The notes beneath the pieces were generated by a model. That model saw only the letters and a program-made list of their open reading frames with translations. It was not told the DNA's origin and did not search any database. Positions 51,380 through 62,050 of a stretch of DNA of 64,000 nucleotides are shown here, in pieces. A program made the position numbers and the translations under genes. Source of the stretch: Sphyrna mokarran (lineage: Eukaryota); contig JAGIQG010000002.1 in the NCBI GenBank assembly GCA_024679065.1, positions 59,892,001 to 59,956,000 on the forward strand. The letters are read 5' to 3'. Position 1 is the stretch's first letter; every line of letters starts with the position of its first letter.

Positions 51380-52330
51380 GAAGAACAATTCTCCCCTGGG
51401 ATACAACCCCAACCCACAACTCTTCCCCATCTGTGAAATTACTAATGCTCGAAGGAGCATGGTCCACAGTTTAGCAAGGCCAATGGTTCTCCTCCAGGCT
51501 ATTCAGGAGTAACAGAAAATGCTCACAGACATGATGTTCAACCACAATTTGGGATCCAGTGCCGTGAGTAGGTCAACGGCCTGTTTGGATTAACCAAGGT
51601 AAGTGACAAAGTGATGATCCATCAATAGGGTTTTTCTGAGGGCATCAAACACTGCACATGTGTGAGTGGAGAAGGAGGTCAGGGAGTGGGTAAATGCGTA
51701 ACTGCATGAGATTTGATGCCAAACTATGCTTTGCTTGAGAATGAGAATGCATACAATTTACAAGTGATGGGCCACTATGTGTCATAGATGCATGTAGAAA
51801 ACGGTGTGAGGTCTCATATGACATGCCACTAAATCTTCACTTTGTCCTGCAGGATAAGCAGATCCATAATGCTAAAGAGAGGGCCAACACAGATGGCAGA
51901 GCGCCAGGTCACAGTGAGGAAGAGGCAATAAAGATCACCGAGGAGCAGAGGGACCATGCTATCATTGATGAAGAGATTGGAGTGTCCAGGATTAAGACTG
52001 AGAATTCCACCAAACTGGAATCGAGATATGGACATACAGAAGACATCTGGGAAAATGTGATGAGCTTATAGGTATTCCTGAACTTTAATGTGTTTTGTTG
52101 TCTTCTCCACTGCATGTCTTTGTAATCTGGAGCCGATGCCACAGCTAAGCAAGGGATGTTGAAGAGATGGGCCATGCTGAATCCAGGCTGATGATGATCC
52201 TCTGGCCTTAACCATGGGAAATCTGCACGGCATTCAGCAACAGGTAGGGGAACATATATTCAGATGCCACAGGCTATGCACAGCCTCACCCAAATGATGA
52301 CAAATCCATCTTAACCACAAATTCTATCAT
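51380..52330 (+). pseudogene. Harbinger Myb/SANT-like ORF2 remnant, two exons
   Basis: GIQCRE*VNGLFGLTK then GTAAGT donor (51599); intron to ctgcag (51852); exon DKQIHNAKERANTDGRAP. Confidence 0.78.
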
Positions 52331-52532
52331 TTCTCCAACACATGAGCTTGACGAAATCCCATCACAATCTTATCTGTTTTAATTCCTCTGCACTTCAATG
52401 GGTATAGTTTTAATGTGCTCAATCTTTCCTTATAAGATAAACCTTCTGCTCAGGAATCAATCGAGTGGACCTTTGCTAAACTACTTATAATGCAATTAAA
52501 TCCTTTCTTAAACTAAGAAGGGCAAAACTAAT

Positions 52533-53775
52533 TTTGATTTGATTTGATTTATTATTGTCACATGTAATAACATACAGTGAAAAGTATTATTTTTTGTGTG
52601 CTATACAGACAAAACATACCATTCATAGAGAAGGAAATGGGAGAATGCAAAATGTAGTGTTACAGTCATAGGTAGATGTAGAGAAAGGTCAACTTAATGC
52701 AAGATAAGTCCATTTAAAAATCTGACAATAGCAGGGAAGAAGCTGTTCCTGAATCAGTTGGTATGACCTCAGACTTTAGTATCTTTTTCCTGAAGGAAGA
52801 AAGTGGAACAGAGAATATCAGACGTGCGAGGGGTTCTTAATTATGCTGGCTGCTTTTCTGAGGCAGTGGGAAGTGTAGACAAAGTCAATGGATGGGAGGC
52901 TTGTTTGCATGATGGATTGGGCTACATTCATGACCTTTTGTAGTTCCTTACTGTCTTGGGCAGAGCAAGAGCCATACTATGCTGTGATACAACCAGAAAG
53001 AATGCTTTCTTTGGTGTGTCTGTAAAAGTTGGTGAGTGTCACAGCTGATATGCCAAATTTCCTTAGTCTTCTGAGAAAATAGGGATGTTGGTGGACTTTC
53101 TTAGTTTTAATGTCAGTATGGGGGACCAAGACATGTTGTTGGTTATCTGGATACCTAAAAATCTGGAGCTCTCAACCTTTTCTACTTTGTTCCCATTGAT
53201 GTAGACAAGGGCATATTCCCCTTTACACTTCCTGAAGTCAATGACAAAATCCTTCATTTTGTTGATATTGAGGGAGAGATTATTGTTGCCACACAGTTCA
53301 CCAGATTTCCTATCTCATTCCTGTACTCTGTCTTGGCATTGTTTGAGACCCAACCCAGTACAACGGTATCGGCAGCAAACTCAAAAATCAAACTGGAGGG
53401 GATTTTGGCTACACAGTCATAGGTGTATAAGGAGTATAGTAGGTGTTGAGAACACAACCTTGTAGGGCACCGGTGTTGCGGATGATCATGGAGGAGGTGT
53501 TGCCTACCTTTACTGATTGTGTGGTCTATGAGTTAGGAAGTTCAGGATCCAGTCACAGAGGGAGGTGCTGAGGCCCAACCCACTGAGTTTGGAGATAAGT
53601 TTCATGGGAATAATAGTGTTGAAGGCTGAGCTATAGTCAATAAATAGGAGAATGACATAGTTATCCTTGTTACTTAGATGTTCCAGGGTTGAATGCGGGG
53701 CTAAGGAAATTCCATCTACTGTGGACCTGTTGTGGTGGTAAGCAAACACTAATGGATTTAGTTAGTCCTGGAGGC
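52533..53775 (-). mobile_element. Rex1/Babar-like LINE (RT to 3' tail)
   Basis: [41 protein letters not shown]; LYSLYTYDC; VIDFRK..VESSRFLGIQI; (tttga)n tail. Confidence 0.9.
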
Positions 53776-54149
53776 TGTAAGTGAACCTGTGTACCTTAAC
53801 CTAGGTATGGCCTCAACTAGATCTTATACGTGGCTAAACTTGTAGTCTCTGGTGGCCAACTCTACCATCAAGAAAACCAGTCACAGATTACTTGCATCTG
53901 ACACAAATCAACTAATGTTTTGGCATTAATAGCCCTGTCAAGATGGCCAAGATCGAAAGTTTCGCTCATGGGTATTTGAGTGCAACATGTCCAAGTGCAA
54001 AGCAGTGGTCCTTGGATACATTCTTCAGTTATGAATGCATATGTCAAAGGCAACTCTGCTTGATCTTCTAGACAGTAAAAGACATAGATTTAAAGATTGT
54101 TCCAGGGATAGGTTGACAAAGGTGAGCGGTCAAACTAAGTAGGCAGTGG

Positions 54150-54480
54150 TTTGCAGGTGATGGTTTGCTGGTTAATTAATTGTCCCACACCTACACAAAA
54201 TTAACTAAAGTTGTTTTCAGCATGCCTAGTACATCTCTCATGGGCCTCATGTCTTGGAAAAGTTCTATGACATTCCTGGCCTCTTCTTCAGAATCCTCAG
54301 CAGCATCCTCAATTGAGTCAAAGTGCAGTTCCTCCAAGTATTCACAAGGCAATACCTCGGCTTGCTGCAATGCACATCAGTGCACAAAAAATTGTGATAC
54401 CCTCAGTGATATTGTTATGCCCAGCCAGACATGTCAGGGTAGCAGAAGAACATTTTCAGTGATTCAATGATCCACTCATT
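54150..54480 (-). pseudogene. Harbinger transposase C-terminal remnant
   Basis: IESLKMFFCYPDMSGWA*QY, then FCAL..ALQQAEVL and an acidic run; convergent with the Myb remnant at 51380. Confidence 0.7.
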
Positions 54481-54499
54481 GATTCCTTTGATTGAATCC

Positions 54500-54710
54500 A
54501 GGGATAACCCTCCTAACAACTTGTTAGGGATAACTGAAGAGTAGATCAGAGTGCAGTGGAGGAATATCCCTTTAGAATGTTCAAAGGAGAGGTCTGGGGA
54601 AGATGTCTTTGGTGATGACATCACGCTGGAGCTAGTAAAGATGGCGGAGGATGATCCATTGAATATGAAGGTTTGTGGAGTGGATGGTGAGGATGAGGGG
54701 AACCTTCTCA
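54500..54710 (-). mobile_element. Penelope-like ORF fragment
   Basis: - strand KVPLILTIHSTNLHIQWIILRHLYQLQRDVITKDIFP, typical of the Penelope RT-endonuclease linker. Confidence 0.75.
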
Positions 54711-55237
54711 TGCACCCTTCTCTGCAAGCACAATTGATGCAACATATGTCCTTTCACCTCTGCTCTTGCATACGCTACTTTGGTCCAGTTCAAGTCTCTA
54801 CCGCATCTTAAAAGAGCCCTCTGCCAGATTTGCCCTTGCTACTGCTGATAGTCCAGGACAGTGATCATTCTCTTGCCCCCTTCCTTTTTCCCTCTGAGTT
54901 TAATAAAGGTAACCACCCACCGCAGATCCAAATGAACCACTTTGCCTGATGCATGCCATCTTTAATCAGGTTGTAAATCAGGTGGCATGGGTTTCTCATT
55001 CCCTATTAACTTAATCTTGAAAATATGACTTAATTTGGGAAAGCTATAATTTAAAAAGTATCCATAGAAGGCTAAAATATAGAAAAGGGATTCTTGCCAC
55101 CAAACACTGTGAATCTTACCCCACTGCTGAAACACTACCTACCTTAAGCACAACTTACGGGTGGGGAAAAGAAAATTGACCTGCCTAACTAAATCATCTT
55201 ACCTGTCATGCGTGCCCATCCTATTGGTTCCATTAAT

Positions 55238-55766
55238 TCTTTTTATTAATTCATGGGACATGGTATCACTGGCTGGCCAGCATTTATTGCCCTTGAGAAT
55301 GTGGTGGTGAACTGTTTGATGAAGGAGCAGCACTCTGAAAGCTCATGATTTTGAATAAATCTGTTGGACTTTAATGTGGCATTATGAGACTTCTTATTGT
55401 GCCCATCCCAGTCCAATGCTGGCATTCCACATCATAACTACCTTCTTGACAACTGAATGGTTTGCCAGGTCATCTCAGAGGACAGTTGGGAGACAACCAC
55501 ATTGCTGTGGCTCTGGGGTCACATGTCGACCAGACCAGGTAAAGATGACAGATTTCCTTCCCTAATGGAAACAATGGAACTAGATGGGTTTTTCTGAAAA
55601 TCAACAATGGTTTCATGGGTCATCAATAGATTCTTAATTCCAGATATTTTTTATTGAATTCAAATTCCATTATCTGTTGTGATGAGATTCAATCCCAGGT
55701 CCCTAGAACATTCGCTGAGTTTCTGGATTAATAGACTAGCCATAACACCACTAGGCCATCGTCTCC
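55238..55766 (-). mobile_element. Near-complete SINE family 2 copy with a Penelope terminal fragment inserted (55316-55435, +)
   Basis: tRNA-like head on the - strand (gatggcctagtgg A box; gggattgaatctc B-box-like); tail caataaatgctggccagccag shared with LINE family B. Confidence 0.82.
55316..55348 (+). ncRNA. Degenerate minimal hammerhead motif at the start of a Penelope terminal fragment
   Basis: (U)UGAUGA-A-GGAG-cagca-CUCU-GAAA-GCUC; first core C and 5' stem I lost. Confidence 0.55.
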
Positions 55767-55784
55767 CCAAGTTCCAAGCAAAGA

Positions 55785-56745
55785 ACCCAAAAAAGATTTA
55801 GAGAGCTTAAAGAAGATAGCAACAATCTGACAGATTGAGTATAATGTGGCACAACGAATAAGAAATTGTAGAATATTGTGGCACAGAGTGATCTGTGTTT
55901 TGGTACATGAGTAACAAAAGGTTAGCAAGCAGATATAGCAAGGAATTAGGAAGGCAAGTAAAATGCAAGGGGTTTTATTGCAAGGCGCATACAGGTATAA
56001 AAATAACAAATTATACAGGGTGTTGATGAAACCACCCATAGAGTGTTGCGAACAATCTTGGTCATGTTACTTGAAAAAGGGTAACTTGGTTTCACAGTGG
56101 TTAGAACTGCTGCCTCACAATGCCAGGGACCTGTCTGTGTGGAGTCTGCACATTCTCCCTGAGTCTGCGTGAGTTTCCTCTGGGTGCTCTAGTTTCTGCC
56201 CACAGTCCAAAGATGTGGCAGTTAGGTGGATAGGCCATGCTAAAATGTCCCTTAATGTCAGGGAGACTAGTGAGGTAAATGCATGGGTTATGGGAATAGG
56301 GCTTAGGTGGGATTGTGGTCAGTGCAGACTCAGCATTGAATGGCCTCCTTCTGCTCTGTAGGATTTAATGACTCTGTGATTCTATAAGGATATTCTTGCA
56401 CAGAGGGCATTCAAAGTTCACTAAGTTGATTCCTAGGATAAAAGGGTTGAGTTATGAGCATGCTGGTCTTCCATTTATTGTAGTTCAGAAAAATCAGAGG
56501 TGATCTTAATGAAACATATAAGATTTTGAAGGGGGTTTAACAGGTTCGATGATGAATGGATGTTTCCCTTCTGGGGGTATCTAAAACTAGGGGAAACCAT
56601 TTCAGAACAGAGCATTTCCCATTTAAAATGAGGAGGAATTTCTCCTCTTAGAGGATCCTCAATCGGAATTCTCTCCTCCAGAGAAGAGTGGAGACTGAGT
56701 GATTGAATATATCAAAAGATGTGCAGGTTAGGTAGTTTGACCGTG
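55785..56745 (+). mobile_element. Old CR1 3' region interrupted by a V-SINE
   Basis: LYRVLMKPPIECCEQSWS; agaggtgatcttaatgaaacatataagatttt (RGDLNETYKI). Confidence 0.8.
56083..56386 (+). mobile_element. V-SINE with type-A tail
   Basis: cacagtggttagaactgctgcctcaca head, V core, tail tggcctccttctgctctgtaggatt..gattcta. Confidence 0.9.
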
Positions 56746-58344
56746 CTAAATTGCTCATTATGAATACATTCCAGAAAATCTTTGACGAGCTGTGAAGCAC
56801 TTTGACCATTGTGAAGTCATGGTGGGGTCTTATATAAATGCAAGTTCTTTCATTGCAAAACAATTCAAGCATTCTCTTTTCTATTTCAGCTTCCTGAATT
56901 GATTCTCCCTATTTGCACAATCTTTTGAATAACATTCATACTTAGTAATGCACTATCATGGATTGGTACTAGAATTTTCTCAAATTATATGTTTTACACA
57001 TTTTTTTATATCTTCCCAGCTGTGTTTTTGTTTAATGAGCTCAAATTCTAAGAGAAATGGCTAACCAGCATTCTATTTGCTTCACTCTCTCTATAATAGG
57101 ACTCTGTTTAGCCCCAGAAAAGTCAAAACATCATGATTTACCATCTCCCATGATGGATATTTATGGTTCTGAACTTATTGTGACAATTTATGAGGCATAA
57201 CATTTCTAACACTTTCCCACATCTCTACATGCATCATGCTTCGTCAGAACTAGAACAGACTAATTGAAAATGATCTTTCTTTATTAACCCTGAAATGGAT
57301 CAACTTTGATTCTGAAACTGTATTTTAAACTCTTTTTCCTTAATAAGATAAAATGATTCCACTAACGTGGCACTCACAATTTAAAACAAAAAGAAAATAA
57401 TCCATAACATAATTGACAGAACAGGCTAGTGGCTGAAAAAAAATCTCTTTATCATCTTTTTCTGCCAATTATAGGATTTTGCTTCAGGTTGATAGCACAA
57501 TATAGGTGGGCTGATGATTAACATCAATCTGTTCCTTTCTGTGTCTATCTGTCTGATTACAAACATATATGCAGCATGAATGATGAGTGTCTATTTATTT
57601 ATGCAATGTCCATTAAGAATCCATCTTCATCATAATAATGAAATGGTTTCTATCTATGACTTGAATCTGTATATGAAAGAATCATCCTTTGCATTTATAT
57701 ATTGGACCATTAACACTGGATAGAATACTATGAGAAGGTCACTCCACAAAATGGCTCAGAAGCCATAGGAATAATTGATACATATCCTGCTTGGAGGAAT
57801 TGGGATGTTTGTCTACAACCCATTCAAATTGTTTCTCCAGTAATATGAATAGAGTAAAATCAGCAGGTTCACATCAAGTAAGTTAGGTTGAAATATGGAA
57901 GTCTTACTTTTTTGTAGACTTGTAATTAATGAGGAACAAGGTTGTTGATGACTTTCTGTAAGGGAGATAACAGCTGCAATTTGATGTTTTGGTAGTTTCC
58001 AACCAGTTTACAACTCCAGATTTCTTGGTTGCATCTGTGGCTAACGATGCAAATCAGCTGCCTCATGCAGGGAAAGTTACATTGATACATGAAAGCTCAG
58101 TCAAAGCAAAGACATTAGCAAATAGGTACAATTTTTCTTCCTTCAAATCCCCCATTCCTTTTGATCCTGTGATTTTTTTTACAAAGTACAAATGGAGTTA
58201 AGAGGCTCAAGTGATGTTCTGAAACTCTGGCAGTAATTTTAACTACTATAAATAAATGGGATGTTTGGAGTGGATGTTAACGTCTCGAAAGACCTGACCT
58301 CAACCAGCCTCCAAGTGGACTACTTTAAATTTTAATAGAGGTCA

Positions 58345-59792
58345 CACAGGACTTTCAATCGATGCTATACACTAGATACATCAATGACATTTTCTTCCTT
58401 TGGACTCATGGTGAACAATAAGTGAAACAACTATGTGATGATATTAACAAGTTCCACTCCACCATCAGACTCACCATGGACGATTCTCCAGAATCGGTTG
58501 CATTCTTGGACACTTGCATCTCCATCAAGGACGGTCACCTCAGCACCTTACTGTACCGCAAGCCGACAGACAACCTCACAATGCTCCACTTCTCTAGCTT
58601 CCACCCTAGACATGTTAAAGAAGCCATCCCTTACGGACAAGCCCTCCATATATACAGGATCTGCTCAGATGAGGAGGATCATAACAGATACCTCCAGACG
58701 CTGAAAGATGCCCTCATAAGAACAGGATATGGCACTTGACATTGATCAACAGTTCTGATGCGCCACAGCAAAAAACCATACTGACCTTCTTAGAAGACAA
58801 ACACGGGACACAGCGGACAGAGTACCCTTTGTCATCCAGTACTTCCCAGGAGTGGAGGAGCTACGACATCTTCTCTGGAGTCTTCAACATATCATTGACG
58901 AAGATGAACATCTCGCCAGGGCCATCCCCACACCCCTCATTTCTTGCCTTCAAACAACCGCACAATCTCAAACAGACCATTGTTCGCAGCAAACTACCTA
59001 ACCTTCAGGAGAACAGTGACCACAACACCACATAACCCTGCCACAGCAACCTCTGCAAGACATGCCGGATCACCGATATGGATTACATCATCACACGTGA
59101 GAATACCATTCACTGGGTACACTGCACACACTCTTGCAACTTTGCCAACGTTGTCTACCTAATCTGCTGCAGGAAAGGATGTCCCGAAGCATGGTACATT
59201 GGGGAGGCTATGCAGACACTATGACAACGGATAAATGAACATCGCTCGACAATCACCAGGCAAAACTGTTCCCTTCCTATTGATGAACGCTTCAGTGTTC
59301 AGTGTCTGACCTTCGGGTAAGTGTTTTCTAAGGTGGCCTTCACGACACCCGACAGCACAGAGTCACTGAGCAGAGACTGATAGCCAAGTTTCGCACACAT
59401 GAGGATGGTCTCAACAGGGATCTTAGGTTCATGTTGCATTATCTGTAACCCCCATGAATTGCCTGGGTTTGCAAAACCTCACTTACTGTACTGTCTGGAG
59501 ACAATATACATCTCTTTAACCTATGCATAATGCTCTTTCTACTCACATTGTCCGCATCTCTAATAGTTGAATAGCAGGTTAGTTGTAAAGATTCACATCC
59601 TAATCAGTAATTTGTAAACTGTCTATGTTGTTATATGCTCTATCTGAGGCCAGAACTCTCCATTCACCTGACGAAGGGGCAAACCCTGAAACCTTGTGAG
59701 TTTACTATCAAATAAATTGGTTGGACTTTAACCTGGCGTTGTCAGACTTCTTACTGTGTTTATCCCAGTCCAATGCTGGCATCTCCACATCA
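58345..59792 (+). mobile_element. 5'-truncated Penelope-like retroelement (RT, GIY-YIG, terminal repeat)
   Basis: RYINDIFFLWTHG, VAFLDTCISIKDGHLSTLLYRKPTD..FHPRHVKEAIPYGQAL; NVVYLICCRKGCPEAWYIGEAMQTL. Confidence 0.95.
59663..59700 (+). ncRNA. Minimal type-I hammerhead ribozyme motif in the Penelope terminal repeat
   Basis: UUCAC-CUGACGA-AGGG-gcaaa-CCCU-GAAA-CCUU-GUGAG: intact core boxes, 5-bp stem I, 4-bp stem II; stem-III palindrome AAGCUU (seen at ~47017) mutated to AACCUU. Confidence 0.75.
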
Positions 59793-60699
59793 TGGCAGAG
59801 AGAGCCAGGCCTGCCTGTCAGACTGCTTTTCAGATAGAAAGCTTGCCAGAGGAAATAATGAAGCGCCCTGTGGAGCTCAAACCACATTTAGTTGGACATG
59901 TGCAAAACAACTGCTTACGACTCATGTAGCCTACCCCAATAAATATTGCAGCCTTCATTATTGTAGAGAGTATGATTTCTGAACATTCGAAACACTCTGA
60001 AAGGGGATTCGCATATGGGATTTTGATTAATTTATTGAAGCCTGGCCTTTGCTCTATGGGAATATTATATTCCAAATAACAAATAAGAAAGGAAATTGAC
60101 ATACCATATGTCTATTTCCTTCTTACTTGAACCTGTGTTTACTCTCCTTACTGAGGTGAACAAGCCAAGAGGATTCCTCCATTTCAATGAATAGCGATGT
60201 CTGTGGCAGTATTACTTTGCCAGCGAAACACTGACAGTATGTTGCCTGTTCCAAGCCCTGCAGCCAAGTTACAGGGCAAGCGGACCACTTGCTGCTGAAA
60301 TAAAGATGATTGTTACCTAAATGCCTTTGCCTCGGGCTTCCTTCAAGCTATTACAGGAGACATCAAAGGATAACCTGATTCTGTATGTTACAGCCCATTT
60401 TCCTGACATGATACATTTCATCTTACACCAGTCATCATTGACCCATTATTTGCTTCTAGGCAACAAGTACGAGGCCGGCACCTTGGAGATGTAAACTACT
60501 CACTGCAGGTTTGAAATCCACACGTACCTGCTGAACACAGTAATGATCAAGTTTATGTTTCAATGAAGCCTTTATCAAGCAAAAGATTAGTCTCTTGATT
60601 TAAAGTTTCTGGCATCTCAATGGTCATCACAGGGACACCCGCTAAGCTAGTTCAGAGTGACAAGCTCTATCAGTCTTTTCTGCACCCTCACAACTTTAC

Positions 60700-61240
60700 T
60701 TTAAGAAGTCTCATAACACCAGGCTAAAGTCCAACAGGTTCATTTGGTATCATGTGCATTCGGAGAATTGGGTTCACAAAGAGGGTATATATATATATAT
60801 ATATATATAGTATGTATGTGTATATGAAAGAGAGAGAGAGAGAGAGACAAAGACTCAATTGCAAGAGAAAGGTTGGAATGCGAGTCTTTATAGGTAATCA
60901 AATCTTTAAAGGTACAGACAATGCAAGTAAAGAGAGGTTTAATCACAGGTTAAAGAGGCATGAATTGTCTCAAGCCAGGACAGTTAGAGCAGGCAAATGG
61001 TGGGGGTTATATGTAGTGTGATTACAGTTGAAGCCATCCTCATGTATGCGGAACATAGTTATCAATTTCTCCTCAGCAATTCTGCATTGTCATGTGTCTT
61101 CAAGGCTGCTTTGGCGAATGTTTACCCAAAAATCAGGGGCTAAATATTGGATACCAAAAAAACCTGTTGGACTTTAACTTGATGTTATGAGACTTCTTAT
61201 TGTGCCCACCCCAGTCCAATGCTGACATCTCCACATCATC
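60700..61240 (-). mobile_element. Penelope 3' end (-) joined to an inverted terminal fragment (+, 61150-61240); contains (TA)n and (GA)n microsatellites
   Basis: Antisense of 46620-47080; inverted repeat taagaagtctcataacaccaggctaaagtccaacagg / cctgttggactttaacttgatgttatgagacttctta. Confidence 0.88.
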
Positions 61241-61439
61241 TCAGCTTTCTATGTGAGGATGATTGCACATGTTTAGTATGGCAGAAAGCAATCAGTAATA
61301 ATGATGTCCTGCCATTAGCTTGACCAGATTTGCATGTCCTTAAACTTGGCTATGTGGCTGTTCCAGCCTCCCCTGCATCCCCTCTATTGCCTTTAAGCAC
61401 TGGCACCTAGAGGGACATTTAATGATTTAGTCTTTGGGG

Positions 61440-62050
61440 TCATAGAGTCATAGAGGTTTATAGCATGGAAACAGGTTCTTTAGCCCAACTTGTTCATGTC
61501 GCCCTTTTCTTGAAAAAAAACTAAACTAATCCCAATTGTCCACATGTAGTGCATGTCCCTCTATACCCAAATTACCCATGTAATTGTCTAAATGCTTTTT
61601 AAAAGACAAATTTGTACCCACCTCTGTTACTACATCTGGCAGCTTGTTCCAGATAATCACCACCCTCTATGTGAAAAAATTGTCCTTCTGGACACTTCTG
61701 TATCTCTCCCCTCTCACCTGAAACCTATGCCGTCTAATATGCTCCTCTATCTTTGGGAAAAGATATTGACTATCTAGTTGATCTATGCCCTCATTATCTT
61801 ATAGACCTCTATAAGATCACCCTTCAGCCTATTACGCTCCAGAGAAAAAAGTCCCAGTCTATCCAGCCTCTCCTTATCACTCAAACGGTCCTGGAAGCAT
61901 CCTAATAAGTCTTTTCTGCACTGTTTCTAGCTTTCATAATATCCTTTCTGTAATAGGGTGACCAGAACTGTACACAGTATTCCACATGTGGCCTTACCAA
62001 TGTCTTGTACAGCTACAACAAAACATCCCAACTGTTATATTCAAATTTCT
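61440..62050 (-). mobile_element. CR1 3' end, same subfamily as 20812-21420
   Basis: catagagtcatagag tail; colinear with 20812-21410. Confidence 0.92.

Noticed and set aside
57841-57877. Possible 37-nt exon (ctccag...CAA|GTAAGT)
   Set aside because: Frame-shifting length, unrecognised peptide and no supporting neighbours
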